Source: Octopus bimaculoides (taxonomy: Eukaryota). Taken from it: DNA of 39,595 bases. Numbering within the stretch: position 1 is the stretch's first letter; every line of letters begins with the position of its first letter. Below the pieces are notes generated by a model. That model saw only the letters and a program-made list of their open reading frames with translations, was not told the origin of the DNA and searched no databases. The DNA is taken from assembly GCF_001194135.2 (NCBI RefSeq), contig NC_068983.1, positions 145,212,366 to 145,251,960 of the forward strand, written 5' to 3'. Position numbers and translations under genes: made by a program. Positions 1 to 11,600 of this stretch are shown piece by piece.

Positions 1-161
1 TATATATATATATATATATATTAATGTGAGTTTAGACTAGCTGTTTGAAAGAAGCTACGAAAAACAATTATGCCCGGTTCATATGCAACTGATCGTACTC
101 TGCGAGGTGGAAACCCGTGTAAATCATCATAACCATAAAAAGTATGCTGCATAACATTATA

Positions 162-374
162 TGAGGGGTGCTGAAAAGTTCTTGGCTTTAAGGGTGCGAA
201 AGGCCCGTTTGGAGACCCAACCTTTTGAGTTCTTTTACAGGACTTAGAAAAACTGAAGGACTGTTGCAATAAGTGTGTTTATCTTAGAGGGGAATATATT
301 GAATAAAATCCTAATTAACTGATCCTCCTGTATTTTTTTTTACCCAAACACAGGAACTTTTCAGCACCCTCTCG
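162..374. mobile_element. Mariner-derived MITE / internally deleted mariner (~213 bp)
   Basis: Terminal inverted repeats GAGGGGTGCTGAAAAGTTC (163-181) and GAACTTTTCAGCACCCTCTC (354-373) in a TA context; mariner-type TIR; no intact ORF. Confidence 0.8.
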
Positions 375-419
375 CATATATCATTTACTGCTGTGCTGCA
401 AATATTAAGTACCAATCGT

Positions 420-567
420 TCGTCTTTACGTTCTGAGTTCAAATTCCCCCGAGGTCGACTTTCCCTTTCATTTTTTCGGTGTTGATAAAATAAGTACCAG
501 TTGAGCACTGGGGTTAATATAATCGACTTACGCCCTGCTAGTCTTGTGCCAAAATTTGAAACCAATG
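420..567 (+). mobile_element. SINE family A copy (GATAAAATAAGTACCAGTTGAGCACTGGGG core)
   Basis: Same core recurs at about 5290-5437(+), 7150-7360(-), 8242-8333(+), 11610-11740(+), 12430-12570(-), 16210-16360(-), 17870-17960(+), 18415-18600(-), 25190-25260(-). Confidence 0.8.
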
Positions 568-1910
568 TTAAGTACCTATTAAATTCATTTAAATTTTGCA
601 CAAATACATTTCTACCATAACTCCTCGCTATAAAAATTGCTCCTAATTTGCTGTTGTAGTTTAGATAATATAATAGTAAAGACTTCTTTTTTTAATCAAA
701 CTTAATTATATATACACCGTCTACCCTACGAGATATTGTAATATCTTTTTGCTATTTTCTCATTCTTTCGGCAGCAATTAATTCACCATTTCTTTAAAGT
801 AACCTAAATTCAGAGTATTATTTTGATGAGATACAAATACGCTGAAAGTCAAATTCAAAATGAAAAGTGTAAATATTTTTAAATTGGAAAACGGTGACAG
901 CGCAAATTGGTAATTAGAAACTCAAATGATAAAATTTAGAACACGGTATTAACCACGAGAAATAACTCTTTCTCTTAATTTTCATATTTTTATGTATAAG
1001 ATTTTATGTAAATCTTTATGTATAAGAAACCTAGAATAATTTTGAGATAGTTTTAATGTTTTCATTTCATTTCATTTTGATATATGCGATTTCATTGTTC
1101 GTTGTTATCACTTTATTATCGACAAAAAAAAAATTATTTCACCAATTTACATTCTTCACCAAATTTCCAGGAGCACATGACTTGAACTTACCATCTAACT
1201 ATATGCGACCGAGCCGGTTTCGATTACCAGTTGAATCTGTTTGACTTCCGTTACACAGCTAATATCTTTACAAAAGGCTTGAATACGGTCCAGATGAGAA
1301 TCTTTGGGTCTTCGTTATCTTCCAATCACTTAAGGAGTTCAATTCTCAATTAAACTTTTTCAAATTTTCCACACAAATATAGTTTTCAAGTTGATGATCA
1401 ATATTGCGATCATCTTTCCGAAAAATTAATAATGAACAGGATAGAAATGTTTAAAATTATATATTTTTAGCCAATGGAATGAGTCCAGTGTCCTCTCTAG
1501 GGGAAGTCGAAACTGTTTGCTGCCATACTTGCCACGGCAACAAGCAAAATGTCGTTGAAAATGAAGACAAAAAGGGAACCGTGATAATTGAATAGCATTT
1601 TTTTTTTAAAGATTTTAATGTAAGAAAACAAAATAAACAATAAAGGACGTTTATTTAAGATTTATATTTATATAATGAACAAGATAGAAGCGTTTAAAGT
1701 TATATACTTTTGTCCAATGAAGCAAAACAAACAAAAAGGGAGTCATTTTAAGATTTATATACAATTAGAATAATAATATTATTGCCATAGTCACATGTCC
1801 TACTTTCGACCTGACGGTAGAAATAACAGTCGAATTGAAAGAAAAACACAAGGACTGTCAATAAAAGAAAACAATTATGAAATTAAATAATGTAGCAGAA
1901 TGTTATGAAT

Positions 1911-2430
1911 TTAACACAATTGAGCTACGCACTCCAGTATCTTTTCAAAGAAATCATATTTTTCAGACCTGAGTCGCCACATAATCTCACAGAGATACAA
2001 GTCCACTGCAGAACGATGAGTGCCAGATCGCTGTTAACTCCCTCGCTTAAGATAGGCCCAAGTGCTTTCAACTCTTTAAGTATTGGTCCCGTCTTGCGAG
2101 ATTACAAACTCAGCGCTGTGGTCCACCGTTCTATGGTGAAAATAGTACCCTGGTATCTCAGGTCACATTAAATAGCTGTTCCCAGCAGAATTGATTGGCG
2201 GGTGCAATCTTTGAGTGTGTTACGATGGCGAAAAGAAAAACTTCACGAGTTTTGCGAACACACCGCCGAAAACCCACTGTTCGAGTAGCATTATTCGATC
2301 CCGAATAATGCTTCTCGGAAAGACTGCTTCGTCTATTTCAACAATTCTGCCGGAACCACCAATCTTCATTAGATTGCGGAGCAAATCGTCAACTCAATCC
2401 TGCGTAAATAATTTTTATAATCTATTACTG
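1911..2430 (-). pseudogene. Merlin (IS1016/ISXO2-like DDE) DNA transposon transposase relic
   Basis: Manual minus-strand translation across frameshifts and stops: MKIGGSGRIVEIDEAVF...EQWVFGGV..., SILLGTAI*CD, HRTVDHSAEFV..DGTNT, RVESTWAYLKR, DLYLCEIMWR. These match the Merlin motifs IGG.G.IVEIDE / QWVFGG / ILPGT.I.SD / TVNHS..FV / IES.W / YL.EFMWR. Confidence 0.85.
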
Positions 2431-3209
2431 CAGTCACACCAACCCCTAGATCATCCTTACAAAACCTAGTAGTTTTCAACTCTTTGACCTAGCAGTAGAT
2501 AGATAAAATTAAACTTCTCAGTGGAAGGGTTCTCCCTTCCAACCACATGCCTCTTCTCACGGACACAGACTCTTCACCCAGTATACGCAGTCATAAAACG
2601 AAAAAATATTTCATGAAATAGAGTTGCCATGGCAACAAACGATTTCGACATCTGCTGTGAGGATAGTGGCTTAAAATCTATTGACTTTAAATGCTTCTAA
2701 TTTCTTTATTTTAAATTTCACAAAATAATAAATGCAATATTAATAATCATCATCATGCAAAACTATATCAAAAGTATATTTTTATAATTTTTCAGATTAA
2801 AATTTGTGACTGGAATAAAATGAAAAAGATTCAAACCTTTACATGATTGCTCAATTTGCGTGAAATATTAGCCAAATAGCTCTAAAATCACAACGCATCA
2901 TCTTTAAAAAATTAGTCTGTCGTAAAGTGTGGCCCTACGTGTATTATGTCTGACTAAAAGACAGAATGTCATGGATAGGTCGTCTTTTATTATTAGTCTG
3001 CTAGGTCAAAGATGACCTGCTGCTGATCAAAAACAATACCAATGCGAAGTTTCAATATAACTTACTATTCTTACATTTGTTCCTGAATTATATTTATTAG
3101 TATTCCAAAAGAAACAAGCAGTTAATTTTTTCTACAAGAAGGTGACTGCGATAAAGAAGGACGATTCTAAGAAACTGATTTCTTCATACAATTAGTTTTG
3201 GTTGCTTTT

Positions 3210-3335
3210 GCTTTTGTGAGCGACCAAGTGGTTTTGAGTTCAGTCACTGCGCAGCACCTTGGGAATGTGTCTTCTGCTATAACCTCGAGTAGACTTTGTG
3301 AGTGAATTTGTAAGTCGGAAATTGTGGGGAAACTC

Positions 3336-3386
<51 letters not shown>

Positions 3387-3580
3387 CTTTGTATCGTGTC
3401 TGTCCCCTGCCACCATTTGATGACCACTTCGCGTCCCCGTAACTAAGCGGTTCAGTAGAAGAACTAGATAGAATAAGTACTAAACTTAAAATTAAGTCTT
3501 GTGGTCATTTGTTCAACTAGGTCTTTCAAGGGTGTGGTCCAGCATGACCGCAGTTCAATGACTGAAACAAGCAAAAGAAA
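3210..3580 (+). mobile_element. SINE family B copy (tRNA-like head, central (GT)n, CAATGACTGAAACAAG tail)
   Basis: Recurs at about 3820-3890(-), 8475-8860(+), 12205-12420(+, 3' half), 13850-14240(-), 23790-24030 plus 24764-24890(-, split), 32790-33150(-), 35690-35830 plus 36300-36370(-, split by gap). Confidence 0.8.
3338..3384. repeat. (GT)n microsatellite inside a family B SINE
   Basis: Directly visible. Confidence 0.98.
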
Positions 3581-4639
3581 GATAAAAGATAATCGCAGGG
3601 AGAAGGATATTTCCATGAGCTTTTACAGAACCTTTGTGAATGGCAAGAAAACGAGAAGAAGCTATTCTCTGCCGAGAGACCCAGCTGCAATGTCTGCAAC
3701 TGAGCGTACTTCGCTAAAGAACCCAAAGATTAGCTGGTGGAATTAAGCCAGACGATGCATTAAGTCAACAACTTATGACTCGCGAACAAGATCGGCTCCT
3801 TCCGATTAAGTTCTACATTGTTTCAATCTACCAAATTTCATGCACAAGGCTTTGGTCACTCCAAAGCTATGGTAGAAGACACTTGCCCAGGTTGCTGTAC
3901 ATTGGAGGCGAACTCGAAATTACGCGACTGCAAAGCAAAATTTATATTGGACAACCAAGTGTGCATCAATCTCCATTACAGACATTTCGCTTTCCCGCAA
4001 AGCGCTTTAAGAAAGTAATTACCGTCACTACACTCCTTTTTATCTTATTACTGAATTCTATGCAGCTTATGTCAGTGATAATGTATTCTTTCTATCAGAA
4101 AAGTTCAACCAATTAATTCCTTTTATTTCAATAAATGCTTGATATGAATAGCTACCCGTATTTAATACAGTGAGCATTAAAAAAACTAATTATAAGTAAT
4201 TATGCCGTGAAGAAAATCAACATTAGTTTATGACTAATATTTTATTATATTTCCCAGAAAACTCAGTAGACAACTCGTGATATATTTTGGTATTATTAGA
4301 CCTCCACAGTTGTTGAATTACTGTTGATAGAATGACTAAATAAATATAAAATGTAGTTTAGGAGTAGGCGTAAATTTAGCATGATTTACTGGATTTACCG
4401 ACAAATAATGTTTCTATTTTATTATCTTATTTCTATTTATTAAAGAGTAGCCTGAAAGCAAGTTTTCAAAACCCATTTATTTAATTATTCATCATTGATT
4501 TGGTTTGGCCAAACATTCTTGTCTTTTAACGAACCTATTTTAAAATTTTCATATCTTTCCTGGTGGTATTAAGTGAATAAATTGAGCAAACTGACTTGAA
4601 CCGAGGATTTAAACTGTGCTACGTACGAGCCAATGAGTA

Positions 4640-4850
4640 TCCTCTTTCTAGTCGCTCAATCTACTATAAAGAGTAGCCAAAATTTACCTCAAATAATCTA
4701 TTAGCGTTTTAGAGAAGAATAAAATGGACAATGTTATTTTCAGGATCTTCTATATGGAAGAAAAGGACGGGATGGCCATAGCTGAAATGTGTTTGATGAT
4801 AAATCCACTTTACTCAGTGGCAGCTACCTGCGACTAAACATCAAGAACAA
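4640..4850 (+). mobile_element. Decayed SINE-like repeat (family C)
   Basis: TAGCCAAAATTTACCTCAAAT...GACGGGATGGCCATAGCTG...GCGACTAAAC; weaker related pieces at about 11985-12160 and 14320-14430. Confidence 0.45.
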
Positions 4851-5489
4851 CAAACTGTACAGCATCTGCTGCTGGCTTATTAATTAATGTCCAAAAATTT
4901 GATTAATTCGATTGATGTTAATTTTACTTGAACACCCCTCACCAGGCAAGACTGGCTGGGAAGCCAGTTTCATCGCTGACAACCTGACCATGCAACCGGT
5001 TGTTCTAATGGACTTCATGTTACCAACAGCATACGTGAACTTAAACTAACAATACAATAAAAAAGAAGAAATGAGTCACGGCTCAAAAATGTATCTCGTT
5101 ATAATTTAATAAAAAGTTGCTGAAGACCAGCCGGAATTATTTAAAACCGCATATGGATTGCAAATAAACTGAACAAGCCCCCTGTGTGCAATAAAAAAAA
5201 TAATAATATTTAGCCAAATGTAGCACAGATCTATATGGAACTCTTGAAAGACAGTGAACAAAATGCTTTGCGGCATTTCTTCTGGGATTTTTCATTTTGA
5301 ATTCAAATTCCCCGACATCGACTTAACATTTCATCCTTTCGGGGTCAATAAAATATGTACCAGTTGAATACTTGGGTCGATGTAATTGACTTCTTTATGT
5401 TCTAAAATTGCTGGTCTTGTGCTAAAATTTGAAACCGTTATTCAATACTTTTTATTCTATAATCTTTCTCCCAGCAGTAGGGTGTCGGG

Positions 5490-5896
5490 ATCTTTTCCTT
5501 TTGACCGGCACGTAGAAAAAATAATTTTTTGTAACTAAACACAAAATAAACTGAAAATGTTTTTAAATAACTAATAGCTGAAATGATTAAACTATACACA
5601 CGTGTATCTCAAATGTAAATATATCAGAAATAACAGTGACAAACTAAATTTACACCGCCAGAACGTCTTGTTGACAAACCACAGCAGTAATTGTTTTCAC
5701 CTCAATGGACGTCATTGATTGGTTGCAACTACCGAAATACAACTTTAACACGAAATAACTTCGAAAATAAACAATTTTCTTTAACATGCCAAGAGTAAAT
5801 GGTGTTTTAAATGACACATTCTACCAGTATACGAAATTTGAAAGTGTTTAGTTACCAAAAATTATTTTTTTTATGTACTGGCCAAAAGAAAAAGAT
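5490..5896. mobile_element. MITE with ~55 bp imperfect terminal inverted repeats
   Basis: 5490-5545 (ATCTTTTCCTTTTGACCGGCACGTAGAAAAAATAATTTTTTGTAACTAAACAC) aligns with the reverse complement of 5844-5896. Confidence 0.7.
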
Positions 5897-6016
5897 GCAG
5901 GTGTCATTTCAGGTTTGGCTGTCATTTCTACCATATCGAATGATCTCACTCGTTGGTTTGTGATTATCCCGGTTGACTTCATAGTATGTGGAAATGACAT
6001 TTTACAATTCCTTTAG

Positions 6017-6448
6017 NNNNNNNNNNNNNNNNNNNNNNNNNNNNNNNNNNNNNNNNNNNNNNNNNNNNNNNNNNNNNNNNNNNNNNNNNNNNNNNNNNNN
6101 NNNNNNNNNNNNNNNNNNNNNNNNNNNNNNNNNNNNNNNNNNNNNNNNNNNNNNNNNNNNNNNNNNNNNNNNNNNNNNNNNNNNNNNNNNNNNNNNNNNN
6201 NNNNNNNNNNNNNNNNNNNNNNNNNNNNNNNNNNNNNNNNNNNNNNNNNNNNNNNNNNNNNNNNNNNNNNNNNNNNNNNNNNNNNNNNNNNNNNNNNNNN
6301 NNNNNNNNNNNNNNNNNNNNNNNNNNNNNNNNNNNNNNNNNNNNNNNNNNNNNNNNNNNNNNNNNNNNNNNNNNNNNNNNNNNNNNNNNNNNNNNNNNNN
6401 NNNNNNNNNNNNNNNNNNNNNNNNNNNNNNNNNNNNNNNNNNNNNNNN
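6017..6448. other. Assembly gap (N run); other gaps at about 7977-8241, 15355-15576, 20668-20830, 24313-24423, 27679-27791, 35939-36269
   Basis: Runs of N, mostly next to microsatellites. Confidence 0.99.
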
Positions 6449-7373
6449 TATATATATATAATGTGTGTGTGTATGTGTATATATATATATATATATACAC
6501 ACACACAGAGAAAGAGAGATAGAGTTCTATTATAACGTGGATTGTAAGTTTTAAGAGCGCCATTCAAAACGTCATTTCCCTGGACTGTATCAACGTATCT
6601 TTCGAAAGTCAGCTTGCTAAAATCATCCTTATATCAAATACCTAGAATCTTTGGAAGCTAATCAAACTGCACTAACCTATGGTCACTATTTATTAGGAGC
6701 ACAAAATCATTAGTGAATTGTGTGTGTATGCATGTATGTGTGTGTATGCATGTATGTGTGTGTATGTGTGTGATCACGCGTGCGCGCTGTTTACGTGTTT
6801 TAGATTTTTGCAACATACCTTATTCTACAGAAGACAAGTCGAACTTTACAGACCAAAATTTACAACTACAAAAATACAGCTATGGAGGATCAAAACTTCC
6901 ATGTGAAATGCAGCAGCAGTGAGAAGATAGTGACGATGTGTGAATGTTCGCACTTCATATTTACCCTATCTACAACATCGACTTGTATACTGGAAAATAC
7001 TGTAGTCATGACTCTGTGTCTACACCCAACACACTCAATCCTCAATTGCTGTCAGAGATTCTAGGTAGGCTCTGAACCTGTAAGAGATAGCAATATTACC
7101 TTCCTTAAATAAGAGAAGGGCACAATAATTATATACATTATAAACGTGTCAAATTTTGGCTCAAAGCCAACAATTTCGGGTGAGGAGTAGCACTATAACA
7201 TCGACCCCACCAGGCTCGACTGGTACTTCTTTTATTGATCCCTGAAGAGATGAAAGGTAAAGTTGACCTCAGCAGAATTTGAACTCAGGACGTAAGGTCA
7301 GAAGAAATACCGTCCTGCATTTTTTCCCGGTGCAGTGTCGATTTTGCCAGTTCGCTGTCTTAGTTATATACAG

Positions 7374-7374
<1 letters not shown>

Positions 7375-7442
<68 letters not shown>
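7375..7442. repeat. (AAT)n microsatellite, probably the tail of a truncated minus-strand family A SINE (7443-7492)
   Basis: Directly visible; followed by the reverse complement of the family A 3' end. Confidence 0.85.
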
Positions 7443-7494
7443 TTTGCCACAAGGGCATCAATTTTGGGAGAGAGGATGAGTCGGTTACATCGGC

Positions 7495-7944
7495 AAAAGA
7501 ATTTGATAAGCTCAGAAAATATAGATTTGCTGATTGAAATGGACAAATGTGACATCTCGAGGTGGTTATAATACCAGTCATTGTAGGAGCACTTGGAAGA
7601 TTTAAAAGGAAACTGAAGATTATTTGAGGATGATCCCTGGCTTACCATCCATGCAGGAAATGCAAAAGGATGTCTTAACTGGTACGCACACGTATTGAGA
7701 AGAGCATTGTTGCTGTGAATTTTCTTCCTTTTCCCCTTTATTTTCTTTACTTTCTTTTTTTTCATTTTTTTTTCTTTTTTACCTTCTTTCTTCTGTCTTT
7801 CTTCCCTTCTTTTTTTATCTCATGACTGTAAATCAACAATTTGGTGTGTTTATTTTGATGGCTACCAACCTATACAGTGAGTTTCTTTGCCCTGAGTGTT
7901 GGGAAGACACTCTGCAAGAAATCGAAACAAAATTGAAAGAAGAC

Positions 7945-7976
<32 letters not shown>
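7495..7976 (+). mobile_element. 3' end of an R4/Dong-type non-LTR retrotransposon with (AAT)n tail
   Basis: Translation EVVIIPVIVGALGRFKRKTEDYLRMIPGLPSMQEMQKDVLTGT..LRRALLL* is the typical C-terminus of RLE-bearing R4/Dong ORFs; 3' UTR ends in (AAT)n at about 7944. Confidence 0.8.
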
Positions 7977-9042
7977 NNNNNNNNNNNNNNNNNNNNNNNN
8001 NNNNNNNNNNNNNNNNNNNNNNNNNNNNNNNNNNNNNNNNNNNNNNNNNNNNNNNNNNNNNNNNNNNNNNNNNNNNNNNNNNNNNNNNNNNNNNNNNNNN
8101 NNNNNNNNNNNNNNNNNNNNNNNNNNNNNNNNNNNNNNNNNNNNNNNNNNNNNNNNNNNNNNNNNNNNNNNNNNNNNNNNNNNNNNNNNNNNNNNNNNNN
8201 NNNNNNNNNNNNNNNNNNNNNNNNNNNNNNNNNNNNNNNNNATAAAATAAGTACCAGTTGAACACTGGAGTCGATGCAATTGACTTACCTTCTTCGCTCG
8301 AAATTGCTGGCCTTGTGCCGAAATTTGAAATCAATATTAAAGACTTTCTTTTAATTTTAGATCTAAAATGGTATTAGTTGTTTCTTTTGAGAAATCACAT
8401 TTGGGGGCTGACGTAGATAAGTGATATATGATATTCAAGCTTTTCTAAAAACTTTTATCAAATATGGGTGTATAGTTAAGACGCTTACTTTGCAACCACG
8501 TGGTTTTGGATTCAATCTCACTGCGCGGCACTTTGGGCAAATATCTATTAATAAAGCCCCTATCTGATTAATATTTTATGAATGAATGTGATAGACGGAA
8601 ACTTTGTGGAAGCCAGTTATATATGTGTGAGAATGTATGTTTGTGTATGTGTGTGTGAGTGTGTGTAGTGTGTGTGTTTGTCCTTGCCCCACTTGACTTA
8701 TGTTGGTTTGTTTGTGTCCCGTATGTTAGCGGTTCGACAAAAGAGACTGCCGGAATAAGCATCAAACTTTAAAATAAGTGCTGGGGTCGATTCGTTCCAC
8801 TAACCAGATGAAGCATTGCTCCAGTATAGCCGCAGACTAATGACTGAAACAAGTAAGAAAACAGAGTAACTATATTGAAATTTCCTGAACTATGAACCGA
8901 AATTGGATAACGTATTTCTGTCTAATGAGAAGTGACCTTTTGCTCTACAATGTTTATATCGTTTTATTAAAGTAATATATTCTTTTTAAGCCTCTATCGT
9001 CAAAACAGGAAACATTTATTATTATCTTATATTCTTTTTTAG

Positions 9043-9303
9043 GCTGACATGCGCTCTCAAGACCAACATTTAGCCCGCCAATTGCTTTGCATCCGACAAG
9101 ACATTCAACAACTTAAACTAGATAAAAGTTGTGAGGTTCACCAAGATATGTTAGCTGATGTTGAATTGGAAATGGAGGAGCTAGAAGAACTGGCTGAGAT
9201 CTGCGACCAGCTGCCCCCAGATCCTGGACTCCACGACAATCCCTTACGCCATATTGGAGTCACTAGGATGAACATAAGTAGAAGGCGCTTTTCAACATGT
9301 TGA
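9043..9303 (+). CDS. FAM167A: Terminal coding exon of a FAM167-family protein (DUF3259 domain)
   Basis: ADMRSQDQHLARQLLCIRQDIQQLKLDKSCEVHQDML...NPLRHIGVTRMNISRRRFSTC* matches the FAM167A/B C-terminus (EMR.QD.QLARQL..LR.DI..LK...C..H..ML...PL..IGVT.MNI..RRFS.C*). Preceded by a pyrimidine tract and AG (9041-9042), phase 0; AATAAA at 9671. A versus B paralog cannot be assigned; upstream exon not found. Confidence 0.9.
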   Translation, partial: ADMRSQDQHLARQLLCIRQDIQQLKLDKSCEVHQDMLADVELEMEELEELAEICDQLPPDPGLHDNPLRHIGVTRMNISRRRFSTC

Positions 9304-11227
9304 TGATGCGGAAGAATTTCTTGTGTGTGCTATACTAGTGAGACTTTTTTTTATCATAATCAATAATACCTTGCCAATAGTATGAGACACAAGCATTTTC
9401 AACTCAACCGTTATTCATATACATACTCTCATCTTCTTTCTTTCTTTGTTTCTCTTCGTCTTCCTTATTAATTCTGGTTCTTCATATTTTCATTTCTTTG
9501 TAAGTGTGAGGGACTAAGATCACAAAACCTATGCAAGGAAAAATCATAAACAAAAGTGACTTTGCGTGTTTCTGCATATATATGCGCATATGTGCCTCTC
9601 TGTGTATGTGCTTAAGCTCGTAGTAAGCAAAACATACGGTTATCTATCAAGAATCATTTTAATCTAATGAAATAAATAATTTTTTGATATTTCTACTTTT
9701 ATTTCGGCATATTTAGAGAAATTTATTATTTATTTCACTGCAATGCTTTTGTTTGGAGGAATTTCAATACCTATTAAGAGCTATTCTCTTTTTTATGACA
9801 TGGATAATGATATTATGTCAACGGACTGCAATTATTGTCTGTTTGGATATTACAATCCCTTAAAATTTTGGAAAATTCTGGAGGGTTATCGTTTTGCGAA
9901 GAAAGAAATGAGTGAAGTGGTTGACGGGGTATATGGGGTTAACGGGGTATAAGCAGAAGATGATGTGAAGAGGAAAAAGTGAGAAAACACTGTGTTAGTG
10001 AGTTAGAAAGTAGAGTGTATTTCTGACTAGAAATTCAATCATGGATATATTTTCTTAAGGATTTAGAAATGCAAATATCAATCTGTGGATTTTATACATA
10101 AATATGCATAAAGACGTGAAAGCGTATATGAAATATATTTTCCACAGAAACGTTTACTAGTTACTTCGAAGTTTCCTTGGTCGCTGACTTCCACAGATAT
10201 AAGATGGCGCCAGTAAAGCATATTGGCGTAAATACTTAGTGAAATATCTCTTTATAAAAATGGATGTTAAAATACTCTTTTGTGTCTTATTGTATTTATA
10301 ATTCGTTAACTAGGAATTTTGAGGCACTTTCCCACATTGATGTGTGTGTGTATGTGTGTATGTGTGTTAGTGTGCGTGCGTGCTCGCGTTATGCGTTTGT
10401 TGGCGTGTGTGTGAGCATGTGTGTGAGTATGTGTGTGTGTGCATATATGTACGTTTTCGGAAACCATGAGTCCGGACTAGAGCATCGGTGGTTATTTCAA
10501 TTATAAGTTTGTATTTCCAACGCAACGGTAATGAAACAAATAAAAGATAATGTATATATACATGCATACACCCACATAGACACACGCGCACGTACACTCA
10601 CACACACACACACATATATATAAGGACGGAGAGAGAAAGAACATGTGTGATGTGTTGGAGAGGTTAAAAATAATGTTGATATGCAATAAATATCTCTACT
10701 TAAAGAAAAAATCATTGCCTGTTTAGATGTCTTAATTTATTAATGCTAAATCAAATTAATGGAGTTATTTTTGTTCTCCAGCATTGCCTCTTCCGTTTAA
10801 TTAATTTTAATCATGGAACAAATACATCAAATTTTTAAAATCATAGAGTGTTTCTTTTTCTGTCTTTTATACTCGCCATATTGTCTACAACTTGTGAAGC
10901 AGAAGATAACCAGTCCATCTTAGCTTTATCTTGAAAGCATTGAGAGCAGTTTACCAAGATATTCTCACATACACTTACACGATTTATTCTCTGGTGCATC
11001 TATTTCACTTTCCTGATAATGTTCATACGTTCTGTACAAACGTACGGACATTATCAGAAAAGTGATACAATTGTATGAACGTTATATAACACATACCTTC
11101 GAAATCAATAGGTTTTTTTTAGCCCATCGATGGATGTCACTCGTTATCAAAGATCAAAAGAGCAGTGAGCTGGCAGAATCGTTAGCACGCTGGGAATTCT
11201 ATCAGCCTTACGTTCTTAGCGTGGAGA

Positions 11228-11600
11228 CGCAATGGCCCAGTGGTTAGGGCAGCGGACTCGTGGTCATAGGATCGCAGTTTCGATCCCCAAACCGGGCGTT
11301 GTGAGTGTTTATTGAGCGAAAACACCTAAAGCTCACCGAGGCTCCGGCAGGGGATGGTGGCGAACCCTGCTGTACTCTTTCACCACAACTTTCTCTCACT
11401 CTTCCTGTTTCTGTTGTGCCTGTGATTCAAAGGATCAGCCATGTCACACTGTGTCACGCTGAATATCCCCAAGAACTACGTTAAGGGTACACGTGTCTGT
11501 GGAGTGCTCATCCACTTGCACGTTAATTTCACGAGCAGGCTGTTCCGTTGATCGGATCAACTGGAACCCTCGACGTCGTAAGCGACGGAGTGCCAACAAC
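11228..11600 (+). mobile_element. Well-preserved tRNA-derived SINE (family D, ~370 bp)
   Basis: Pol III A box TGGCCCAGTGG (11233-11243), B-box-like GTTTCGATCCC (11277-11287), long non-tRNA body, (CAA) tail. Confidence 0.85.

Noticed and set aside
3775-3807. MTREQDRLLPI resembles the NF-YB histone-fold start (REQDR.LPIAN)
   Set aside because: Similarity stops after 9 residues, there is no splice donor at that point, and the ORF runs into a SINE fragment; treated as chance.
5979-6567. Long ORFs spanning N runs (also at 7.8-8.3, 15.3-15.6, 24.1-24.6, 27.5-27.9 and 35.8-36.4 kb)
   Set aside because: Open only because N codons contain no stops.
10201-10210. AAGATGGCG YY1-like promoter motif
   Set aside because: Single short motif with no CpG island or downstream gene evidence.
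11228-11300. tRNA gene
   Set aside because: A and B boxes are present but continue into a ~300 bp SINE body with no acceptor-stem closure; a SINE head, not a tRNA.
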